From Promethearchaeota archaeon (GTDB lineage: Archaea; Asgardarchaeota; Lokiarchaeia; Sigyniarchaeales; SOKP01), in NCBI GenBank assembly GCA_011364925.1, contig RDOA01000019.1, forward strand, positions 1 to 58,180: 58,180 nt of DNA, read 5' to 3'. Below, piece after piece: positions 18,373 to 27,131 of this stretch (positions are counted from its first letter, which is position 1; the number at the start of each line of letters is the position of its first letter). The notes beneath the pieces were generated by a model that saw only the letters and a program-made list of their open reading frames with translations, did no database searches and was not told where the DNA came from. The translations under genes and the position numbers were made by a program.

Positions 18373-18918
18373 ATGTCAGAGCAAACAGTACAAAAACATC
18401 AGTATCTTTTTAAAATCGTTGTAGTTGGGGACGGGGGAGTTGGTAAAAGCACTATGATACAAAGATTGATAACTGGACACTTCGTTCCGATGAAAATTAC
18501 GATCGGTACTGACTTAGCATCGTACGATATGAATATTGAAGACATTTCCGTGAAGCTACAAATATGGGATTTTGCTGGAGAAAAACGATTCAGATTCTTC
18601 TTGCCTAACTACGCTAGAGGTGCTCAAGGTTGCATCCTTTGTTATGATATTTCAAGGTACACAAGTTTTCAGAATCTTAATGAATGGTATAATATCGTGA
18701 AGGAGAATACAAACACAGATACAGTGTTTCTTCTTGTTGGTGGAAAAGCTGACCTTTCAGAATATAGAAGAACTGTAACACAAAAAGATGCAGAAGAATT
18801 ACAACAAGATTTAGACATTCCTCTTTTCTTAGAAACGAGTTCAAAAACGGGGGAAAATAACAAAAATGTGTTTGAAATGCTCACAGAAGCGATGTTAAAA
18901 AAAAGAAAATTAATATAA
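18373..18918 (+). CDS. Rab-like small GTPase
   Basis: YLFKIVVVGDGGVGKS (G1), TIG (G2), LQIWDFAGE (G3), RF, GKAD (G4), ETSSK (G5). ATG at 18373 preferred over TTG at 18367. Confidence 0.92.
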   Translation: MSEQTVQKHQYLFKIVVVGDGGVGKSTMIQRLITGHFVPMKITIGTDLASYDMNIEDISVKLQIWDFAGEKRFRFFLPNYARGAQGCILCYDISRYTSFQNLNEWYNIVKENTNTDTVFLLVGGKADLSEYRRTVTQKDAEELQQDLDIPLFLETSSKTGENNKNVFEMLTEAMLKKRKLI

Positions 18919-18939
18919 TAAGTTAATTCAAGAAAAAAG

Positions 18940-19878
18940 TTATTCTAATAAGTCTTTTAACTCGTTTACAGTAAGCTTTAGATATTTTGCTGTGATTAAA
19001 TCATTACTAAGTAATTTAAGAATGTTTTTCTTCCTCTTTTTGTTTAAGAACTCCTTCATTTTGCTCAGATCTGGCTCTTTATTCGTAACTTCGATTAACT
19101 TATTCTTGATTGCGTGATTAACAACTTTTTGACCGACATCAGTTCGAACGATAAGAAATGATTCTTCTTTAGTTGGTCCCCCGTAAGGGCTATAGGTTAT
19201 GTCAGAAAATTCCCCTGAATAATCAGTACAATATACGCAACCTTTCATACCCCCAGATGAACAAGCAAAACCGATCTTTAAAGAGGTTCTTTCAGCGCCT
19301 GTATTGAAGTCGCTTGTAAGTATTTTAGCAAGCCCTTGAAGATGACAGGGATTTGCCACGATCCCAATATCTCGTTTTCTATCCAAATATGCCTTCCCAA
19401 TTCCGGTAATTAATGGTCCTCCATTTTTATTAGGATGATCTGGAATGTATTGCTTCGCATCTTTTGCACTATCAACAACAACCGGGAAAGCCGCACCAAG
19501 TTTCTTTTCTTGAGGATTGCTTAACACAAAATGTTTTGTAACTCCTGAATCAAAAGCAGCCTTTACTAAATTGAATAGAGTATTGTCCTTATTTTTAGAT
19601 TTTACTTGGATTATATCCTTATAAACCCCTACTGCTAGGTCTACTCGAGTTTGCCCGAACATTTTCTGTTCGATCTCCGAAACAGGTAGAAAACTTCTTG
19701 GGCATGCATTATAACAAAGCCCAACAGTTTCTGCACATTCGTCAACAACATACGCCTGTCCTGTTTCTTTGTTAAAATCCATGTGGGGGCAAAAAGCGTT
19801 GCAACTACCGCAATGAATACATAATCCAGCATATATAACTTCGTTTTCGAGATCTTGACTCGACTTTTCAATTTTCAT
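18940..19878 (-). CDS. Coenzyme F420 hydrogenase/dehydrogenase beta subunit-like protein (FrhB/FpoF family) with N-terminal ferredoxin domain
   Basis: EVI..GLCIHCGSCNAFCP, CYNACP, NPCH, IGFAC, GCVYC.D...SDI, IVRT..G. Start taken at MKIEK; the track start is 19911. Confidence 0.8.
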   Translation of the reverse strand: MKIEKSSQDLENEVIYAGLCIHCGSCNAFCPHMDFNKETGQAYVVDECAETVGLCYNACPRSFLPVSEIEQKMFGQTRVDLAVGVYKDIIQVKSKNKDNTLFNLVKAAFDSGVTKHFVLSNPQEKKLGAAFPVVVDSAKDAKQYIPDHPNKNGGPLITGIGKAYLDRKRDIGIVANPCHLQGLAKILTSDFNTGAERTSLKIGFACSSGGMKGCVYCTDYSGEFSDITYSPYGGPTKEESFLIVRTDVGQKVVNHAIKNKLIEVTNKEPDLSKMKEFLNKKRKKNILKLLSNDLITAKYLKLTVNELKDLLE

Positions 19879-20162
19879 ATTGTAATTTTCCTTTAAAATT
19901 CGATTATTCAATCTATTATTATTGAATAGTAAAATAATTCATGGCATATAAATCTTGAATGAAATTTCACACTCTTCATTTTAAAGATGGTTAAGGATTT
20001 TTGGCTAAAATTTGTGATGTTTCAGTAGAATGGATTTGCTAAAATGATTCAATTTCTCAAATTCTTATTTTTGAAAATTTAACCTCAACACAAAGACATA
20101 TATAGTTAATTTTCTTATCATTCAATGATTATATTTACGATGCGAAAACCAAGGTTATATCA

Positions 20163-20537
20163 ATGGAAGCAAATCTAACAGAATATTTAGAATACTTGTG
20201 TAGTGAAAATGATGAAATAAACGATCTCATAGTTGTAAACGATGAGGGATTACCAATTGCCATGGCTACTTCTAACCAAACTTCAGATCAGACCCTTGTT
20301 TCGGGAATGTGTACAGCTCTTAATTGTATAGGTAGAGAACTCATACGAGAAATGCTGGAAGGAAAGCTTAAGCGCCTTTTAGTCGATTGTAGCGAAGGTG
20401 TAGTTTTAATTCAACCACTTAACCAACAAAGAATCTTAGTAGCATCGTGCAGCGATATGGCAGTCTTAAGCAAAATTGATGTTTCTTCTATACAAAGATA
20501 TATTATAACTCAACAGAATCACTTAGTAGCAATGTAA
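20163..20537 (+). CDS. Roadblock/LC7 domain protein
   Basis: IVVNDEGLPIA...VSGM.T.....G......L.G.L..LLV....G.VLI, the typical roadblock pattern; 124 aa. Confidence 0.85.
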   Translation: MEANLTEYLEYLCSENDEINDLIVVNDEGLPIAMATSNQTSDQTLVSGMCTALNCIGRELIREMLEGKLKRLLVDCSEGVVLIQPLNQQRILVASCSDMAVLSKIDVSSIQRYIITQQNHLVAM

Positions 20538-20635
20538 AATTATTAGGAATCAATGAAATTCGTACCACTATTTTCAGGGGGCTGAATATTATATTTAACG
20601 GGAAATTTTTGAGATCTAGGAAAGAATGAATAATA

Positions 20636-20917
20636 CTAATCGTCTTGATCTAAATAACGAGAACATGTCTCATCCAACTTCTTTATGATATGGACTCTAG
20701 TTTTCCAAGTTATCCAAGTACTTCCTGATTTTTCAAAAAAGAATCCATCATACTCTTCCTTCAACTTGGTTAGCGTTTTTTTCACAAAACTCCAAGAAAA
20801 TCCTGTTTTCTCTACAACTTCTGCTATTGCTATTGGTCGATTTATTTCAAGATCGTTATTAAAAAATTCAATAATCTTTTCAAAACCAGTTTTAAGGGCT
20901 TGGTTTTTATCACTCAA
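20636..20917 (-). CDS. Small winged helix-turn-helix protein
   Basis: PIAIAEVVEKTGFSWSFVKKTLTKL helix-turn-helix followed by a beta wing (FFFEKSGSTWITW). Confidence 0.65.
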   Translation of the reverse strand: MSDKNQALKTGFEKIIEFFNNDLEINRPIAIAEVVEKTGFSWSFVKKTLTKLKEEYDGFFFEKSGSTWITWKTRVHIIKKLDETCSRYLDQDD

Positions 20918-20960
20918 TTTTCTCTTTATCCGCTATTCTCGATTTAATAATTTGAATTAA

Positions 20961-22151
20961 TTATTTTTTAAATTTAAGGAATTCTCCCGATTTCATCATA
21001 TCACACGGCTTATAATAGGTTATTCCCGTTATTTTCACAATTTCTTCTAGTATTAGTGACCATTTTTCGTAATTATTTTTACCTGCTCTAAAAGGCCCCG
21101 GCATATCCATACCTGCTAACATGGTGTCATCGATAATTTTATAACTTTTAACAATTCCTTCCTCTAATAATCTACAACCTTCGTTTAACTGGATTGCGTA
21201 AAATTGTTCTAAATTGAATAACCCTGCTTTCTCAGGTGATTTAATCTTAGGTTTTCCTTCAATCCATTCATAGATGCCTTTACCAGTTTTCCTTCCGAGG
21301 TTTCCTTCTTTAAGGAGATTGGTAAGTGTTTTGCCAGGAGCAAATTCAGGGGATACAGTTTCAGCAAAATAGTTTAAAACATCAATTGCGATGTCAATAC
21401 CGAAGTAATCCCATTTTGCTAGTGGTCCCAAATCAGGAGGAGTTATAAAATCATTATCAATCTTTTCGTAAGGAATGCCTTTATTAGTAGCCATATCTAA
21501 TATCCAACTAAAAAAGGGGGAGGTTGAGATTGTTAGTCGATTTACTATAAATCCAGGCGATTCTTTCTCTATTTGTGCAATGTATCTTTTACCTTTGAGT
21601 GCCGGTAAATTTTTACCAATCAATACTCCTAAATCAAAGGTTTCTTGCGATGTCTTTTCTCCTTTTATCACTTCGATTAATCGTAGCAAGGGAACAGGCG
21701 TGAAAAAATGCATCCCTATGACTTTTTCTGGCTTATTGGATCCTTCAGCAATTTTAGTGATGCTCATAGTTGATGTATTTGTTGCCAGTACAGTATGTTC
21801 TGGTGAGGATTCACCGAGTTGCTTGAATAATTCTTGCTTTAATTCCATAACTTCTGGGATAGCTTCAACAATAAAATCAGCGTTTTTAACAGCAGTGATC
21901 AAATCCTTAGTAATAACAAGATTTTCAAGCAAAGAATCGGTTGTTAAATTTTGACCTAACTTACCTTTAGATTCGATTTTTTTTAAGCCAGTTGTTATAT
22001 AATTCTTTGCGTCGCTAAGTGCATTATTGTCAATGTCGTGTAAAATTACCTTGTTGAATAGATTTGACATTAAAGCAACTTGAGCGATTTCTCGACCCAT
22101 CGTTCCCGCTCCAATTACAGCAAATATTTTAACGCGACTAAGATCTACCAT
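20961..22151 (-). CDS. 3-hydroxyacyl-CoA dehydrogenase
   Basis: GAGTMG, VEAIPE, ATNTST, GMHFF.P, PGFIVNR, G.LGRKTGKG.Y and a duplicated C-terminal dimerisation domain. Confidence 0.92.
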   Translation of the reverse strand: MVDLSRVKIFAVIGAGTMGREIAQVALMSNLFNKVILHDIDNNALSDAKNYITTGLKKIESKGKLGQNLTTDSLLENLVITKDLITAVKNADFIVEAIPEVMELKQELFKQLGESSPEHTVLATNTSTMSITKIAEGSNKPEKVIGMHFFTPVPLLRLIEVIKGEKTSQETFDLGVLIGKNLPALKGKRYIAQIEKESPGFIVNRLTISTSPFFSWILDMATNKGIPYEKIDNDFITPPDLGPLAKWDYFGIDIAIDVLNYFAETVSPEFAPGKTLTNLLKEGNLGRKTGKGIYEWIEGKPKIKSPEKAGLFNLEQFYAIQLNEGCRLLEEGIVKSYKIIDDTMLAGMDMPGPFRAGKNNYEKWSLILEEIVKITGITYYKPCDMMKSGEFLKFKK

Positions 22152-22169
22152 ATTATTAGAAATCAGAAA

Positions 22170-23204
22170 TCATATAAAAAAAGTTACTATCAATTGATAA
22201 ATCGCGAAAGTACCTATTCCCATGAAAATCGATATTGGGAGTCCTGGCAAAATTTTATTACGTTTTAATCCTGAAATTGTAATTCCTGTTCCAATTAGAA
22301 TTGCAGCTGAAACTAAAATGACGATTAGAAAATTATTAGTAAAAAGAAGAACAGAAGAAGTAAGTAGACTGTAGAAAGCTAAATCTCCAATCCCTATCTC
22401 AAGTTTTGATGTATCATATACACTCTCTCCTTTTCTAATTCTTTCTTCTACCTCAGCTTTACTAGGGTCATTTTCGTCGTTATTAATGGATACAATATCA
22501 ATCATTGTTTTAATAGGTCCACGTTTATATAAGACAGCAAAAATGTCCCATAAAGATATGCCTATTAAAATGGCTAAAGTGCTCCAAAAAGGTAATACTA
22601 TGCTCATTGAAGCGCTAACTAATAGACTTATATATAATACTATGATATTTTTAATTTTGATTGATTTTGATGTGAAATAATAGAAAATGATAAGAAAAAC
22701 AAAAATAGCTGTTGAAATCGGGATGAAAATATTTGTAAACAAATAATAGAAATTAATTAAGAATATGGTTTCAGGAATTTGAACGAAGATTAGAAAAATT
22801 ATGACATCTAAAAACATCAATGTAATAAAAAAACTGACAAAGCCAAAACTAAGCCCAAAGATGTATTTTAATACGCCTACACCTAATTTTCGCATTAAAA
22901 AAATGATTGTAAACGCTGAAACCGCTGCAATTACAGTAAAGATTACACCGTTTAACACCACGCCTAGAACTCCATATTGATCCTCAGGGAAATAGCTCCC
23001 CTCAACTTGAACCCCCGCTACAACAAATGTGAGGTACGCTAAGACTCCAGCAAATAAAATAGCAATAATTATAGGTAATGGATATAAAGAAGATTTTACT
23101 CTATATGTGGGAAGAAAATGAGGAATGAAATCCTTTTCTATTATTTCCTTTTGTTGTTCTTGGCTTTCATCTTGAAAATCTAATGTTTCAGGATTAGTTG
23201 ACAT
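22170..23204 (-). CDS. Presenilin-family intramembrane aspartyl protease (A22)
   Basis: About 9 TM segments; catalytic motifs SLWDIFAV (YD equivalent) and IGIGD (GxGD); LPGLPISI (PAL equivalent). Confidence 0.9.
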   Translation of the reverse strand: MSTNPETLDFQDESQEQQKEIIEKDFIPHFLPTYRVKSSLYPLPIIIAILFAGVLAYLTFVVAGVQVEGSYFPEDQYGVLGVVLNGVIFTVIAAVSAFTIIFLMRKLGVGVLKYIFGLSFGFVSFFITLMFLDVIIFLIFVQIPETIFLINFYYLFTNIFIPISTAIFVFLIIFYYFTSKSIKIKNIIVLYISLLVSASMSIVLPFWSTLAILIGISLWDIFAVLYKRGPIKTMIDIVSINNDENDPSKAEVEERIRKGESVYDTSKLEIGIGDLAFYSLLTSSVLLFTNNFLIVILVSAAILIGTGITISGLKRNKILPGLPISIFMGIGTFAIYQLIVTFFI

Positions 23205-23473
23205 AGTAATATTTAGAGAACTTTTTACGACAGTAATTTAAAATTATAGAATTAATACTAACTTAAATATATAACAGTAATGGATTATATAATAATAAAA
23301 TTGAATTGTAAAACAATTCTTTCAAATCAAAGCATAGAAATAGTTAAAGATTTTTTGTTATCCAAGAGTTACATGCATCCATAAATCAAATAAAGTGCAT
23401 TGAATTATCTATGTCATGTAGATCTAACCATTCATAAGAATATTAAACTTCAGGATTAGCCAATAAACAAAAT

Positions 23474-24721
23474 TTAAAATGAGACATTTGGTAATTTTTG
23501 AATGAATTCTTTAACTAAATCCACTCGTTCTTTTCTATCTACTCTATTATATCTTAATGGGTAAAGTTGGTCAATCGTGAATTTGTATAACTTTATCCAA
23601 GTTTTTGCGATCTCACTTACTCTATAATGTTGTGCGATTTCTTTTGCATTGTTTCCAAACTCTGCCCTGAGATCGTCGTCCTTTAATAATTTTACTACGA
23701 ATTCCTTGAATTGATCTAAATTATTGGCTAAATAGCCCGTTTTACCATGACGGATAATATTACTAATACCACACGCATTTGCTCCAACGTTAGGAGTTCC
23801 TTGAGCCATCGCTTCAATTAAAACAAGTCCTTCAGCTTCAACCCAAGACCACAAACCTGTTAAATCTGCTGCATTATATAATTTCAGCAAATCTGGAAAG
23901 GGAACCCTCCCTTCATAAGATACAAAATCCCGATATTGCTTTTTCTTTATTAAATGTTTCACATGGTCTTTAGAAGGACCGTCACTTCCGACTAATAGCA
24001 AATGAGCATCAGGAACCTCGTCATGTACTCTTTTAAATATTTTAATAATTTCTAGTGGGTGTTTTTCTGGAGATAGTCGTGAAGCATAGAGAAAAATTTT
24101 CTTACCTTCTAAACCGTACTTCTCTCGAATTCCGTTCTCTTTCAAATTCGTATAGTATAAATCTCTAATACCATTAGTCATACATACAATTGGCTCTTTA
24201 AATCGAAAATCTCGTAATAAATCTTTCTTAGATTTAGTCGCCACATGAACAAAATCGTATTTATCAACTACATGGCGTTCGTATCTCCATATAAAATCTC
24301 CCTTAGTTAGCAATTTACCGATTACAGGTACGTATTGAGCAGTATAATATTGCATAGGACTATTGTGGGTTCCAATCATTGGAATGCCTAAATACTTAGC
24401 CCAATTGATTGCCATAGAGCCTATTACTGCGTGCGTATGGATGTGAGCAATGTCTAAATAATCGTGCTGACTAAAAAAGAATTTATGTATAGGAACGCTT
24501 AAAACGAACCCAGTATTATCTCCGATAATTGCGCCTCCAAGTTCATGAAAGTGTAGAGTTTTTGGTATTTCATATCCATTTTGGATTCTAGGAGCAAATA
24601 CGTGAACATTATGACCAAGGTTTGCAACTGCTTCTGAGAGAAATCTTACAGCATGAGCGGTTCCGTTGATTTGACTGTACATTGTGCTAAAGAATCCAAT
24701 GTCCAGCACTTGCTTGACCAT
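23474..24721 (-). CDS. GT4 glycosyltransferase (diacylglycerol glucosyltransferase-like)
   Basis: INGT, HIHT, THN, NGI, SRLSPEK, EAEGLVLIEAMAQG. Start moved to MVKQ at 24721 because the upstream 51 codons look like AT-rich promoter sequence. Confidence 0.85.
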   Translation of the reverse strand: MVKQVLDIGFFSTMYSQINGTAHAVRFLSEAVANLGHNVHVFAPRIQNGYEIPKTLHFHELGGAIIGDNTGFVLSVPIHKFFFSQHDYLDIAHIHTHAVIGSMAINWAKYLGIPMIGTHNSPMQYYTAQYVPVIGKLLTKGDFIWRYERHVVDKYDFVHVATKSKKDLLRDFRFKEPIVCMTNGIRDLYYTNLKENGIREKYGLEGKKIFLYASRLSPEKHPLEIIKIFKRVHDEVPDAHLLLVGSDGPSKDHVKHLIKKKQYRDFVSYEGRVPFPDLLKLYNAADLTGLWSWVEAEGLVLIEAMAQGTPNVGANACGISNIIRHGKTGYLANNLDQFKEFVVKLLKDDDLRAEFGNNAKEIAQHYRVSEIAKTWIKLYKFTIDQLYPLRYNRVDRKERVDLVKEFIQKLPNVSF

Positions 24722-24967
24722 AAGTAGCGTCCCAAAAGAGATATTTATAAAAGGATTATAAATAGATAGTTTATTATATAAACAAATATCTAGTCTAATT
24801 TTTAAACTAATTCTTTTATTAAAATTTTCGCGGTTTCTTAATAAAATCGCTAAAACCATTAATTTTATAAGCAATAATTTTGGATCGATTTTATTTTTTA
24901 AAATACTGAATTAAAATACAGAGTAATTTAATCATAATTATTTTGAATACAAAATTTTGGTAGATAG

Positions 24968-25462
24968 GTGGATAAATTTATGCAAAGTTACCATATACGG
25001 AAAAAAGAGAGAGAGATTAAAGATATTAATAAAATAAAAGGCATTTTGAAGGGAGGAAAATATGCCACAATTTCGATGTGCAGAGAAAAGGAACCTTATA
25101 TCGTTACTTTAAGTTATGGTTTTGACGAAGAACAATTTGCTTTATATTTTCACAGCGCGAATTTAGGATTAAAACTTGATATTTTAAAAGAAAATTCCTA
25201 TGTATGTGGTACTGTTATCGAAGATTTAGGATATATTAGCGGTGCTTGCTCACATAAATATCGTTCTATTATATTCTGGGGTGATATGATGATTATTAAT
25301 GAAATAGAAGAGAAAAAACATGGTTTTGATGTGTTATTGAACCATTTGGAAGAAAATCCAAGTAAAATGAAAAAACAATTTTTTAAAACCGAAAAAGCTT
25401 ATCGTGACACATGTATTATAAAATTGGCTATTAAAAGTATTTTTGGGAAAGCCTCTGAATAG
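24968..25462 (+). CDS. Pyridoxamine 5'-phosphate oxidase-like / NimA flavin-binding protein
   Basis: PYIVTLSYG, LYFHSA..G.KL..L..N..VC, YRSII.WG. Confidence 0.85.
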   Translation: MDKFMQSYHIRKKEREIKDINKIKGILKGGKYATISMCREKEPYIVTLSYGFDEEQFALYFHSANLGLKLDILKENSYVCGTVIEDLGYISGACSHKYRSIIFWGDMMIINEIEEKKHGFDVLLNHLEENPSKMKKQFFKTEKAYRDTCIIKLAIKSIFGKASE

Positions 25463-25534
25463 AACCTGATTAAAAACTTTGTGTGAATACCTATAATCAA
25501 AAAATTTTTTTTACTTGCATGACCATTTATAGAT

Positions 25535-25714
25535 ATGGATCCTACTGAAGAGAAAAAAATTATTGAGGAAATTTTACAAAATAGAAGGTTGCCATATTCG
25601 ATTGAGTTATTAGATATCGAAGGAGATAAATATACTGTAAGAAATAATTTTGGTTCTACAGTAGTATATTTCAAAAAAGATGATAATTACTTCCTAGAAT
25701 CGGAATTAGATTAA
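25535..25714 (+). CDS. Small hypothetical protein (59 aa), missed by the ORF track
   Basis: ATG 25535 to TAA 25714 encodes MDPTEEKKIIEEILQNRRLPYSIELLDIEGDKYTVRNNFGSTVVYFKKDDNYFLESELD. Protein-like composition; fills the intergenic gap. Confidence 0.7.
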   Translation: MDPTEEKKIIEEILQNRRLPYSIELLDIEGDKYTVRNNFGSTVVYFKKDDNYFLESELD

Positions 25715-25916
25715 TTCCATAAGTTTTTTTCTATTATTGTATTAAACAATTCTTTTATTGATCTCTTTATAAAGCAATAAATTTAAGCTCTATTTCAATT
25801 TTTATACGCTAAAAATGAAAGGCTAGTAAAGAAATATATATCCTAAAAGACATAAAATTATAAGATTATCATATCTTTATTTAACCACAGAAAGTAATAA
25901 ATTTTTAACAGAGCAG

Positions 25917-27068
25917 ATGGTAAAAAGAAAGCTTAAATCTAAGAGTTCTGATGAGAAATTCGCTGAAGAGTTTCGGGCGGTTACAGATAGTTCTACTTCT
26001 ATTTCAATGTACAATGAAAAAAGGAGATCAGTGTGTGTAATTCGCAAGAACTTAGCAAAGGATTATGAAATTGAGGTAGATTCTTCAGAAGCACCAGTGT
26101 TGAATACTATATTAGAATTTCCTCAACCATTTGAAACTTCAATGGCCTCACTAAACCTTCTTGAGAAGGAAGTCTTTCCACTGTTAGATGCTTTTAAAAA
26201 CACGTTTGGAGCTGAAAAAGAATTAAAGCTGCGATCTATTAAACTTGCGGTTGGTGGAAGTAATAATGACTATGTTACAATTCGAGAAAAAGATTTAAGC
26301 AAATATGATGTTAAACCAACATTAAGTGGCTTAAGAGATTTTATAAAGGAAAACAGTGATAGCATCTTAGGTTTTTTAGATAGTGAGTATGTTAGCGAAG
26401 AAGGAAATGTTATCTATCTAAAATGTGAGAAAAGAGATGTTACAGAAAATATTTATTCTATTAAGTTTTTAATCCTCGCTTCCATGCAACAGAGAGGTTA
26501 TTTTCTTCAACAAGAACATAAGTACTATGGTATGCAATTATTTGTTATTATAGAATCAAAAAAACCCAATGATGACAAAATACTTATGTTTATAAAGGAG
26601 TTAGGAATTGATTGGGAATTGATTTTTTTTAGAAGAAGATTGGCAATTCATGATTGGACTGAGATTGAATGCCAATTAAATTCTGACAATCTTAAAAGTT
26701 ATCTCCGGGTTAAGTACGACACTTTGAATTATTTTGACATCAATAATATTATCAGATTGATTGATAAGAATAAGTTACCTTTTAATGTCGCCGATAAGAT
26801 GGGATCTTTATTATATAAAATGAAATCCGAGAGATCTTCACAGTTACAAGAACGCCAAAATACTGATAACTTGGACTACGATAATTCTTTAACCAGTGGA
26901 TCAATTCAATCTATTGATGAGTATTCGTTAACACTGAAAAAAGCAGAGATAGCAGCAGCTGCGAAAATTGCTTGCGCTTATCTTGGTATCCAAACACAGA
27001 TAACGGTTGATCGAGATATTTCTGACGCTGAGATTATCAAATATCAAGAGGAATTAACTAATTTTTAG
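25917..27068 (+). CDS. Hypothetical soluble protein (383 aa)
   Basis: Long ORF with normal amino-acid composition; no motif recognised. Confidence 0.65.
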   Translation: MVKRKLKSKSSDEKFAEEFRAVTDSSTSISMYNEKRRSVCVIRKNLAKDYEIEVDSSEAPVLNTILEFPQPFETSMASLNLLEKEVFPLLDAFKNTFGAEKELKLRSIKLAVGGSNNDYVTIREKDLSKYDVKPTLSGLRDFIKENSDSILGFLDSEYVSEEGNVIYLKCEKRDVTENIYSIKFLILASMQQRGYFLQQEHKYYGMQLFVIIESKKPNDDKILMFIKELGIDWELIFFRRRLAIHDWTEIECQLNSDNLKSYLRVKYDTLNYFDINNIIRLIDKNKLPFNVADKMGSLLYKMKSERSSQLQERQNTDNLDYDNSLTSGSIQSIDEYSLTLKKAEIAAAAKIACAYLGIQTQITVDRDISDAEIIKYQEELTNF

Positions 27069-27131
27069 TTCTAATAAAATTACTTTAAGTGATAGTTAGC
27101 AAGAGAAATATAATTGTTAGTTTAACAAGCT

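Noticed and set aside
20572-20588. Small TTCAG-GGGG-CTGAA hairpin between convergent genes
   Set aside because: A 5-bp stem is too short to support a call.
24722-24874. N-terminal 51 aa of the GT4 ORF as given in the track
   Set aside because: It is AT-rich promoter-like sequence; family similarity begins at MVKQ (24721).
25399-25674. 91-aa minus-strand ORF
   Set aside because: It is the antisense shadow of the 59-aa plus-strand ORF and overlaps the end of the NimA-like gene.
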